Assembly (NCBI GenBank): GCA_900316255.1
Contig: ONCI01000003.1
Location: forward strand, 33,584-97,583
Source: an uncultured Eubacteriales bacterium
Lineage (GTDB): Bacteria > Bacillota > Clostridia > Oscillospirales > Oscillospiraceae
Direction of reading: 5' to 3'
Length of the DNA: 64,000 bases
The notes under the pieces were generated by a model that saw only the letters and a list, made by a program, of their open reading frames with translations, was not told the DNA's origin and made no database searches. A program made the position numbers and the translations under genes. Positions 56,948 through 64,000 of this stretch are shown here, piece by piece. Position 1 is the first letter of the stretch, and each line of letters begins with the position of its first letter.

Positions 56948-57274
56948 TCAAGCGGGCTCGTAGCTGCGGCTCAGCTCTTTGCCCTCGGCGTCGTATTCCA
57001 CGTTTTCCATCAGCGCGGGATCCACCCGACTGCGCTTTTTCACCACCAGGCCCTGTCCCTGGTTGTTGAAGACCCAGATCTTATAGCCGGGGAAGTTGGG
57101 GTCGTCCTTGTTGAAAAGCCCGCTTACGTTCAGGCGGCAGAACTTGGCCCGCCCTTCGGGATTGTCCAGCATGTCGCCGGGGCCATTATAAAAAAGCTCA
57201 TCCTTTGCGGCGCGCTTTTTGAATTCCTCCCATTCCTCGTCGGGGACTTTATCAACATCGCGGGGATCGATCAT
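56948..57274 (-). CDS. Hypothetical 108-aa acidic/basic soluble protein
   Basis: Clean ORF with plausible codon use; no recognisable motif. Confidence 0.5.
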   Translation of the reverse strand: MIDPRDVDKVPDEEWEEFKKRAAKDELFYNGPGDMLDNPEGRAKFCRLNVSGLFNKDDPNFPGYKIWVFNNQGQGLVVKKRSRVDPALMENVEYDAEGKELSRSYEPA

Positions 57275-57405
57275 GGCGCTGCCTCACTTTCCTGTTTGTT
57301 GCTGTCAGCATAGCACAGACGGAGAAATCTTTCAAGTGGGAAGCCCGCTCTTCCTTTTTTCCAAAGCTTGTGGTAAAATAAAACAAATCATCTGGGGAGT
57401 AGCTT

Positions 57406-58497
57406 ATGTTCGAGCGATTGCAAGCCATAGAACGTCAATATGAGGAGCTGCGGCAGCGGCTGGAGCTGCCCGAGACCTATTCCGACCCCGCGCTTTATGC
57501 CCGGGTGGAGCGGGAGGCCAGAGAGCTGCAGCCGGTGGCGGAGGCCCATGCGGCCTATCGCAAGGCCTGCGTCGATATGGAAGACGCCTTGTTGCTCCAG
57601 GCCGATCCCGAGATGCGGGAGCTTGCCCAGGAGGAGTACCAAACCGCCAAAGCGGAGAAGGAGCGGCTGGAGAGGGTAATCCGCCTGCTGCTCCTGCCCA
57701 GGGATCCCAACGACAGCAAAAACGTCATTATGGAGATCCGCGGCGGCGTGGGCGGGGAAGAGGGCATGCTCTTTGCCTCCGACCTTTACCGGATGTATAC
57801 CATGTACGCGGAACGGAAGGGCTGGCGCATCGAGATCGCCAATATCAGCGAGACGGAGCTGGGGGGCATCAAGGAGATCAGCTTTCTCATCGAGGGCAGC
57901 GGCGCCTGGTCCCGGCTCAAGTTCGAGGCCGGCGGCCACCGGGTCCAGCGCATCCCGGTGACGGAGTCCGGCGGGCGCATCCACACCAGCGCCGCCACCG
58001 TGGCCGTCCTGCCGGAGATCGGGGAAGTGGACTTCAAACTGGACCCCAACGATCTCAAGATCGATACCTATCGCTCCTCCGGCGCAGGCGGTCAGCACGT
58101 GAACAAGACCGAAAGCGCCATCCGCATCACGCATCTGCCAAGCGGTGTGGTGGTGGAGTGTCAGGACGAGCGCAGCCAGTATAAGAATAAGGACCGGGCC
58201 ATGCAGATCCTGCGGTCCAAGCTCTATGAAATGGAGCAGGCCAAGCAGAACGCCGCTGTAGCAGCCCAGCGGAAGAGCCAGATCGGCTCCGGGGACCGGA
58301 GCGAGCGGGTCCGCACCTATAACTTCCCTCAGAACCGGGTGACGGATCACCGCCTGGGCGGAGACAACAAGAATTTCAACATCGACCGCATCCTCAACGG
58401 AGATCTGGACGAGCTCATCGACGCCCTGATTACGGCGGACCAGGCGGAGAAGCTTGCGGAAAATTCAGAATTCGGAGTTCGGAATTCGGAAGTATGA
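57406..58497 (+). CDS. prfA: Peptide chain release factor 1
   Basis: 363 aa; PVT tripeptide (RIPVTES), GGQ motif (SGAGGQHVNKTESAIR). Confidence 0.95.
   Translation: MFERLQAIERQYEELRQRLELPETYSDPALYARVEREARELQPVAEAHAAYRKACVDMEDALLLQADPEMRELAQEEYQTAKAEKERLERVIRLLLLPRDPNDSKNVIMEIRGGVGGEEGMLFASDLYRMYTMYAERKGWRIEIANISETELGGIKEISFLIEGSGAWSRLKFEAGGHRVQRIPVTESGGRIHTSAATVAVLPEIGEVDFKLDPNDLKIDTYRSSGAGGQHVNKTESAIRITHLPSGVVVECQDERSQYKNKDRAMQILRSKLYEMEQAKQNAAVAAQRKSQIGSGDRSERVRTYNFPQNRVTDHRLGGDNKNFNIDRILNGDLDELIDALITADQAEKLAENSEFGVRNSEV
58457..58493 (+). repeat. Heptanucleotide array CGGARTT-like forming the last codons of prfA
   Basis: cagaatt cggagtt cggaatt cggaagt (58466-58493), preceded by cggaaaatt; two GAATTC sites. 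Confidence 0.6.
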
Positions 58498-59708
58498 ATA
58501 CAGAAATCATCAGCAATCAAAAAGACTTAATGGAAGCAGCCGCGCTTCTGCAGGCCGGCCGGCTGGTGGCCGTCCCCACGGAGACGGTGTACGGCCTTGC
58601 GGGAAACGGCCTCGATGAGAAGGCGGTGGAGCAGATCTACGAGGTAAAGGGCAGGCCCCAGGTCAAGCCCCTCTCCCTCATGGTCCCGGACGCGGGCGCC
58701 ATGGAGCGCTGCTGCAGGGAGGTGCCGGCACAGGCTCATGCACTGGCTGCGCGTTTCTGGCCCGGGCCTCTCACCATTGTGCTCCGGTCCAGGGAACTGG
58801 TGCCTGCCATTGTCCGGGCGGGCGGGGAGACTGTGGGCCTCCGCTGTCCGGACCATCCCATGACTCTGGAGCTGCTGCGCCTGGCCGGGATCCCCTTTGC
58901 TGCGCCTTCCGCCAATCCCTCCGGGGCCCCCAGCCCCAAGACCGCGGAGGAAGTCCGGACCTACTTTGACGGGAAGATCGCCGCCATCGTGGACGGCGGT
59001 CCCTGCGGCCTGGGCAAGGAATCCACCATCCTGGACATGAGCCAGAAGCCCTTCCGCATCCTGCGGCAGGGAGCACTCCCAGCGGAGGAGATCGCAGACG
59101 CTCTGGTGGACGCCATGGAGATCATAGGCGTCACCGGGCCCAGCGGCAGCGGCAAGAGTACCGCCCTTCAATGCCTGTGGGACCGGGGCGCTCTGGTGCT
59201 GGACTGCGACAGAGTGTACCACGAGCTTCTGGAGACGGACCCGGAGCTCTTAAGCGAACTGGAAGCCCGTTTCCCCGGAACGGTGGAGAACGGTCAGCTC
59301 CTGCGGAAAAAGCTGGGGCAGCAGGTCTTCGGGGATCCGGCAGCCCTGCTGGACCTGAACAGGATCACCCACCGCCATATCACCGAGGAAGTGCGGCGCC
59401 GCCTGCGGGACTTTGCCCTGCAGGGCGGGACTCTGGCCGCCCTGGACGCCAGCGAGCTGCTGGAAAGCCCTCTGGTCGATCGCTGCGACTTCACCATCGG
59501 TGTGCTGGCATCCAAGGAGACGAGAATCAGGCGCATCATGGCCCGGGACGGCATCTCCCGGGACTATGCCCTATCCCGTGTCCGCGCCCAGCATGGGGAG
59601 GACTATTTCCGCTCCCGCTGCACCGTCACGGTGGAGAACAACGACGACGAAGCAACATTTTATGCCAATATCAACAAAGTATTGAAGGAGAAACTGCGTC
59701 ATGGATGA
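58494..59708 (+). CDS. Fusion: threonylcarbamoyl-AMP synthase (TsaC/YrdC domain) + dephospho-CoA kinase (CoaE)
   Basis: 404 aa; aa 1-205 VAVPTETVYGLAGN...SANPSG...STILDM; aa ~209-404 IIGVTGPSGSGKSTALQ...LDCDRVYHELL...HRHI; ATGA overlap with prfA. Confidence 0.85.
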   Translation: MNTEIISNQKDLMEAAALLQAGRLVAVPTETVYGLAGNGLDEKAVEQIYEVKGRPQVKPLSLMVPDAGAMERCCREVPAQAHALAARFWPGPLTIVLRSRELVPAIVRAGGETVGLRCPDHPMTLELLRLAGIPFAAPSANPSGAPSPKTAEEVRTYFDGKIAAIVDGGPCGLGKESTILDMSQKPFRILRQGALPAEEIADALVDAMEIIGVTGPSGSGKSTALQCLWDRGALVLDCDRVYHELLETDPELLSELEARFPGTVENGQLLRKKLGQQVFGDPAALLDLNRITHRHITEEVRRRLRDFALQGGTLAALDASELLESPLVDRCDFTIGVLASKETRIRRIMARDGISRDYALSRVRAQHGEDYFRSRCTVTVENNDDEATFYANINKVLKEKLRHG

Positions 59709-61083
59709 ACTGAGAAGCAAGCTGTTTTACGAGCAGAAGAACGGGTATGACCTGATCGACACCGAGGAGCGCCTCAAGGTGGAGGACTACTGCAAGGGCT
59801 ACATGGCTTACCTGGACCGTTCCCGCATGGAGCGGGAGGCTGTGGCCAACGCCATTGAGCAGGCGGAGGACCTGGGCTTTGTGGAGTACGTCCCCGGCAT
59901 GGCCCTCAAGGCCGGTGACAAGATCTACAAGAACAATCGCGGCAAGTCCCTGATCCTGGCTGTTATCGGCAAAAAGCCCCTCTCCGAGGGCGCTGTCATT
60001 GCCGGGGCCCATGTGGACTCTCCCCGTATCGATCTCAAGCAGGTCACCCTCTACGAGCAGGATGAGATGGCCTACTTCAAGACCCACTACTACGGCGGCA
60101 TCAAGAAGTACCAGTGGGTCACCATTCCCCTGGAGCTTCACGGCGCTGTGGCTCTGAAGAGCGGGGAAGTGGTCAACGTGGTCATCGGCCGGGAGAAGGA
60201 CGAGCCCAAGTTCGTCATCACCGACCTGCTGCCCCACCTGGCTGCCGACCAAATGAAGAAGACTCTGGCTGAGGGCTTCACCGGCGAGGGCCTCAACATC
60301 CTGCTTGGCTCCACCCCCTATGCCGATGAGGGCAAGGACCGGGTGAAGCTGGCGGTCATGAGCATTCTCAACGACATGTACGGCATCACCGAGGAGGACT
60401 TCCTCTCCGCGGAGCTTGCCGCTGTTCCCGCCTTTGACGTCTGCGAGATCGGCCTGGACCGCTCCCTCATCGGTGGCTACGGCCACGACGACCGGGTCTG
60501 CGCCTATGCCGAGCTAAAGGCCCTCTTCGATGTGCAGGATCCGGAGCGCACCTGCGTCTGCATCCTGGCCGACAAGGAAGAGACCGGATCCGACGGCGTC
60601 ACCGGCATGCAGTCCGCCTGCTTTGATGTGTTCATGAAGGATCTCTGCGAGGTCCAGGGCGTGGCCCTGCGCCGCTGCTATGAGAAGAGCTTCTGCCTCT
60701 CCGCGGACGTATCCAACGCCTTCGATCCCCTCTACCCCGAGGTCTCCGAGAAGCGCAGCGACTCCAAGGTCAACTACGGCATGGCCATCTGCAAGTTCAC
60801 CGGCGCCCGGGGCAAGGGCGGCACCAGTGACGCCTCCGCCGAAGTCGTTGCCTATCTGCGCCGTCTCTTTGAGCGGGAGAACGTGGTGTGGCAGATGGCG
60901 GAGCTGGGCAAGGTGGATCAGGGCGGCGGCGGTACCATCGCCAAGTACATGGCCAACCGCAACATCGACACCATCGACGCCGGCGTCCCCGTGCTCAGCA
61001 TGCACGCCCCCTTCGAAGTGGTCGCCAAGTTTGACTGCTACATGACCTATAAGGGCGTCCTCGCCGCCTATGCGGATAAGTAA
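59701..61083 (+). CDS. M18-family aminopeptidase
   Basis: 460 aa; GAHVDSPRIDLK, GYGHDDRVCAY, ADKEETGSDG, SMHAPFE. Confidence 0.85.
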   Translation: MDELRSKLFYEQKNGYDLIDTEERLKVEDYCKGYMAYLDRSRMEREAVANAIEQAEDLGFVEYVPGMALKAGDKIYKNNRGKSLILAVIGKKPLSEGAVIAGAHVDSPRIDLKQVTLYEQDEMAYFKTHYYGGIKKYQWVTIPLELHGAVALKSGEVVNVVIGREKDEPKFVITDLLPHLAADQMKKTLAEGFTGEGLNILLGSTPYADEGKDRVKLAVMSILNDMYGITEEDFLSAELAAVPAFDVCEIGLDRSLIGGYGHDDRVCAYAELKALFDVQDPERTCVCILADKEETGSDGVTGMQSACFDVFMKDLCEVQGVALRRCYEKSFCLSADVSNAFDPLYPEVSEKRSDSKVNYGMAICKFTGARGKGGTSDASAEVVAYLRRLFERENVVWQMAELGKVDQGGGGTIAKYMANRNIDTIDAGVPVLSMHAPFEVVAKFDCYMTYKGVLAAYADK

Positions 61084-61116
61084 GCTTTGAGATTTGCGTT
61101 TTGAGCAATAAACGGA

Positions 61117-61151
61117 ACACCTCCCGGGAACAATACCCGGGAGGTGTTTTT
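61117..61151 (+). terminator. Intrinsic terminator whose 3' arm contains the next gene's SD
   Basis: 12-bp stem 61117-61128 / 61136-61147, loop AACAATA, T-run to 61151; GGAGG at 61140-61144, ATG 61153. Confidence 0.75.
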
Positions 61152-61152
61152 G

Positions 61153-61770
61153 ATGGATGAATTGAAAGAACTGGCGGCGGCAAAGCAGGGGAGCATCCAC
61201 TGCCTCACCATCGTGGGGCAGATCGAGGGGCACCAGATCCTGCCGGAGGATACCAAGGCGACGAAGTATGAGCACATCCTGCCCTTGCTTGCCGCCATCG
61301 AGGAGAGCGAGGAGATCCGGGGCCTTCTCATCCTGCTCAACACCATGGGCGGGGATGTGGAGGCGGGCCTTGCCATTGCGGAGATGATCGCCGGCATGAA
61401 AACACCGACGGTCTCCCTGGTGCTGGGCGGGGGCCACAGCATCGGCGTCCCCCTGGCGGCTGCCGCCCAGTGCAGCATGATCGCACCTTCCGCGGCCATG
61501 ACGATCCACCCGGTGCGATTAAACGGCGTGGTGATCGGCGTGCCCCAGACCTATAACTACTTCGCCCGGATCCAGGACCGGATCGTCCGCTTCGTGACGG
61601 AGCATTCCCGCATCACCCGGGAGGACTATCTGCGCCTCATGACCAATACCGATGAGCTGGCAAACGATGTGGGCAGCGTCATAAACGGCGAGGAGGCGGT
61701 GCGCCTGGGCCTCATTGACCGGCTGGGAAGCCTCTCCGACGCGCTGCAGTGGCTGCATGAAAGAGAATAA
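61153..61770 (+). CDS. ClpP-fold serine protease-like protein (TepA/SDH-type)
   Basis: Start MDELKELAAAK at ATG 61153 (track start 61144 lies in the terminator); LNTMGGDVEAGLAIAEMI, GGGHSIGVPL. Confidence 0.75.
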   Translation: MDELKELAAAKQGSIHCLTIVGQIEGHQILPEDTKATKYEHILPLLAAIEESEEIRGLLILLNTMGGDVEAGLAIAEMIAGMKTPTVSLVLGGGHSIGVPLAAAAQCSMIAPSAAMTIHPVRLNGVVIGVPQTYNYFARIQDRIVRFVTEHSRITREDYLRLMTNTDELANDVGSVINGEEAVRLGLIDRLGSLSDALQWLHERE

Positions 61771-61785
61771 GGCTTTACGCAAAAG

Positions 61786-62703
61786 TCAACGGGCCACGAA
61801 GGCGTGCCACTCTTCCTCCTGCCGGTGCTCCAGCACTGTGAAGCCCGCCTGTTCGATGGCGGCGCGCACCTCGTCCTGCCTGCCCTCAATGATGCCGGAG
61901 CTGATCCAGATACCGTTGGGTGCCAGAAAATCTTTCACATAGCGGGAGAGGGGGATGATCACATCGGAGACGATGTTGGACAGCACCAGATCGTAGCCGG
62001 TCCCGAAGCGCCGGCGCAGGGAGGCGTCGGAGAGGATATCTCCCGCGCAGGCGGTGAGCCGCTCCGGACCGATGCCGTTCAGCGCGGCGTTGGAGCGTAC
62101 CACGTCCGGGGCCTTGGGATCGATGTCGCAGCCCAGGCAGCTCTTGGCACCCAGCACCAGCGCCCCGATCCCCAGGATCCCGCTTCCGCAGCCCAGGTCC
62201 AGCACCTTGGTGTCACCGTTCACAAATTGCTCCATGGCGGCGAGACAGAGCCGGGTGGTGGCATGACTCCCGGTGCCGAAGATCAGACCCGGGTCCAGCC
62301 GCAGGGGAACCCGCCCGTCCTTGGGGATCTCCTCCCACTCCGGGACCACCACCAGCTTTTCGCCCACTTCAATGGGCTTGTAGTATTCCCGCCAGTTGTT
62401 TTCCCAGTCGCTGTCCTGCACATAGCTCACCTGGATCTCGCCGTAGGCGGCCCGGATCTGCCGCAGGGTGTCCTGTCCCTCCGCGTTGTCGGTGAGGTAG
62501 CATTTGATGCGGCTTACCCCGGCGTATTTCTGCTCCAGATCCTGATCCACGTAGTCCCAGTAGGCGTGGTTGTGTTCCAGAAAGTCCTTGAAATCCTCTT
62601 CGTTTTCAATGACGAAGCCGCCTACGCCCATGGCGGTCATCTCCTCGCAGCGGCGGTCGATGTCCTTGGACGGGGTATCCACGATCACTTCGATATAGCG
62701 CAT
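61786..62703 (-). CDS. prmA: Ribosomal protein L11 methyltransferase
   Basis: 305 aa; VLDLGCGSGILGI SAM motif; AAGGAG RBS. Confidence 0.9.
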   Translation of the reverse strand: MRYIEVIVDTPSKDIDRRCEEMTAMGVGGFVIENEEDFKDFLEHNHAYWDYVDQDLEQKYAGVSRIKCYLTDNAEGQDTLRQIRAAYGEIQVSYVQDSDWENNWREYYKPIEVGEKLVVVPEWEEIPKDGRVPLRLDPGLIFGTGSHATTRLCLAAMEQFVNGDTKVLDLGCGSGILGIGALVLGAKSCLGCDIDPKAPDVVRSNAALNGIGPERLTACAGDILSDASLRRRFGTGYDLVLSNIVSDVIIPLSRYVKDFLAPNGIWISSGIIEGRQDEVRAAIEQAGFTVLEHRQEEEWHAFVAR

Positions 62704-62769
62704 CTTGTTTCTCCTTCAGAAATGGATTTCCTGCAGCGATTATAGCAAAGCACGGCCTGCTCCGCAAGA

Positions 62770-62950
62770 GCTCCCCCGACGAAAAGCGAATCTCGCCCGA
62801 GCCTTCCCCACGCACGGGAAGGTTTCACGCAGCCACGTGCTTGCCTCTCCCCGCGCCGGGGAGAGGTGTCATGAAGGGACGGAGAGGGGCCGCGAGACCG
62901 GCGTTATCGTACGGAAACCGCGGCAAAAGGGCAGGGGAGATCGCCCCTTC
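62770..62950. other. GC-rich hairpin cluster upstream of prmA
   Basis: Stems 62802-62808/62816-62822 and 62845-62853/62859-62867 (9 bp); motif CCCCGACGAAAAGCGAAT (62774-62791) resembles 2360-2376. Confidence 0.35.
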
Positions 62951-63038
62951 TTCATCACTCTGGGAACCTGTGAAAAAATGCACAATTGGGCTGGGGAAAC
63001 AGCCTTCTCCGCCTTGTCAGATTTGTGACAAACGCCGA

Positions 63039-63067
63039 TTGACAGAAACATGACAAAGTGCTATATT
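63039..63067 (+). promoter_or_regulatory. Near-consensus promoter for the zinc-ribbon ORF
   Basis: TTGACA (63039-63044) - 17 nt - TATATT (63062-63067). Confidence 0.55.
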
Positions 63068-63134
63068 CTCATCTGCAAGTGAAAGAAATAACAATGTATC
63101 GGCAATGCCGATTGCGATATAGGAGGAAATAACT

Positions 63135-63377
63135 ATGAAGTGCCCCTGCTGCGGTCATGAGATGGAGATGGACGGTCATCGCAAGATCGACCTGATGATG
63201 TGCTATGAGTGCGGCTATATCGAAGGCCGCCGGGTGGAGCCTGTTCTGCGGCATCGCAAGACCAATTTTGAGCGGCTGCATGAGCTGGACCTCCACGATA
63301 CGGCAGAGCTCCTGTCCCGGGGCCTGCACCTGGATGAGCAGCAGCTCACCCATCTGCTGGAGAGCGCCGTCGCCTGA
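63135..63377 (+). CDS. Small zinc-ribbon protein (80 aa), function unknown
   Basis: CPCC...CYEC (two CxxC pairs), AGGAGG RBS, own promoter and terminator. Confidence 0.55.
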   Translation: MKCPCCGHEMEMDGHRKIDLMMCYECGYIEGRRVEPVLRHRKTNFERLHELDLHDTAELLSRGLHLDEQQLTHLLESAVA

Positions 63378-63395
63378 CCCCTTTTGTGAATATGG

Positions 63396-63427
63396 AAAAT
63401 CCCACGCCGACGGCGTGGGATTTTTTT
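63396..63427. terminator. Bidirectional terminator
   Basis: ATCCCACGCC / GGCGTGGGAT stem, 3-nt loop, A4 and T7 flanks. Confidence 0.8.
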
Positions 63428-63429
63428 GC

Positions 63430-64000
63430 CTAAATCAAATCGGAAAACAAGGTCCAGGGCCAGGCTTCCGGCGGCGGAAGCTCCCGACTGAGCGCTTCGC
63501 CGCTCACAGGGTGGGGGAGACTGAGCCGATGCGACCAAAGGGCCAGGCCTGCGTCCCGATGGCGGCTCCCGTACTTTTTGTCGCCCACCAGGGGGAAGCC
63601 CCGGGAGGCAAACTGCACCCGGATCTGGTGACTCCGCCCGGTTTTCAGCCGGACGCGCAGCAGACTCAGTCCCTCCCGGAAGGCCAGACGCTCATAGCTC
63701 AGCTCCGCCTCCCGCACGCCCCGGCGCATACGCTTGACCACGTAGGATTTGTTCTTGGCCGCGTCCCGGTACAGCAGGTCCCGCAGGGTGCCGTTCACAG
63801 GTGTTTCTCCCTCCGCCACAGCCAGGTATTCCTTCTGCAGCCCGCCATCCGCGATAGTTCGGGAGAGCGCAGCCGCGGTCTGCTTCGTCTTGGCATAGAC
63901 CATGAGCCCGCCGGTCTCCCGGTCCAGGCGATGGACGCAGTAGATTTCCTGTGTACCCAGGGCATCCCGCAGCAGCTCCGGCATCCCGCCTTCCTCAGAC
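63430..64000 (-). CDS. RluA-family pseudouridine synthase (5' end outside window)
   Basis: HRLDRETGGLMVYAK catalytic Asp motif, GRSHQIRVQFA; frame open to window end. Confidence 0.85.
   Translation of the reverse strand, partial: SEEGGMPELLRDALGTQEIYCVHRLDRETGGLMVYAKTKQTAAALSRTIADGGLQKEYLAVAEGETPVNGTLRDLLYRDAAKNKSYVVKRMRRGVREAELSYERLAFREGLSLLRVRLKTGRSHQIRVQFASRGFPLVGDKKYGSRHRDAGLALWSHRLSLPHPVSGEALSRELPPPEAWPWTLFSDLI

Noticed and set aside
58466-58490. Two GAATTC (EcoRI) sites in 20 nt as a sign of linker or vector contamination
   Set aside because: The sites arise from a 7-nt tandem repeat. It lies in frame at the end of prfA and is continuous with the coupled downstream gene, with no flanking vector-like sequence.

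Overview
Densely coding, high-GC chromosomal segment of a Firmicutes/Clostridia-type genome. That placement is inferred from protein families and codon style; it is probably an Oscillospirales-like gut anaerobe.

Gene order, left to right:
- mutS2 (3' part), HPr, uvrC, rsmD, coaD and a coiled-coil protein.
- A compact dcw cluster: mraZ-rsmH-ftsL-PBP-murE-mraY-ftsW-murG-murA-ftsQ-ftsZ, with no murF, murD or ftsA.
- A YihY-family protein.
- A 1173-aa orphan membrane-anchored protein with a (Thr-Pro)24 stalk and two diverged ~460-510 aa modules.
- An MscS channel, a His-rich CsoR-family repressor, a 5'-deleted sfsA and a P-loop NTPase.
- A CPA2 antiporter with RCK_C domains and a PcrA/UvrD helicase.
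- An IS1182-family transposase remnant and a DUF4317-like protein.
- A ~21.5 kb Wzx/Wzy-type polysaccharide locus (32.6-54.1 kb).
- cdsA, a DUF853 ATPase, prfA, a TsaC::CoaE fusion, an M18 aminopeptidase, a ClpP/TepA-like protein, prmA, a small zinc-ribbon ORF and a partial RluA-family gene.

The visibly AT-richer core of the polysaccharide locus carries unusual parts:
- a beta-propeller::GT2 fusion;
- a TupA-like ATP-grasp plus CapA pair;
- a sugar-1-kinase plus nucleotidyltransferase;
- an XRE-HTH::UDP-glucose dehydrogenase fusion;
- rmlA/rmlB without rmlC/rmlD.

No rRNA, tRNA, CRISPR array or intact mobile element was seen.

The noncoding DNA holds structure that standard feature types do not explain. 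There is a family of short dispersed elements (heptanucleotide arrays plus small GC hairpins with compensatory changes). There are two hairpin-dense islands. Two terminator-like hairpins sequester the next gene's ribosome binding site.

Many long antisense ORFs in the track are GC-driven shadows and were rejected. All counts and alignments are by hand from the sequence.
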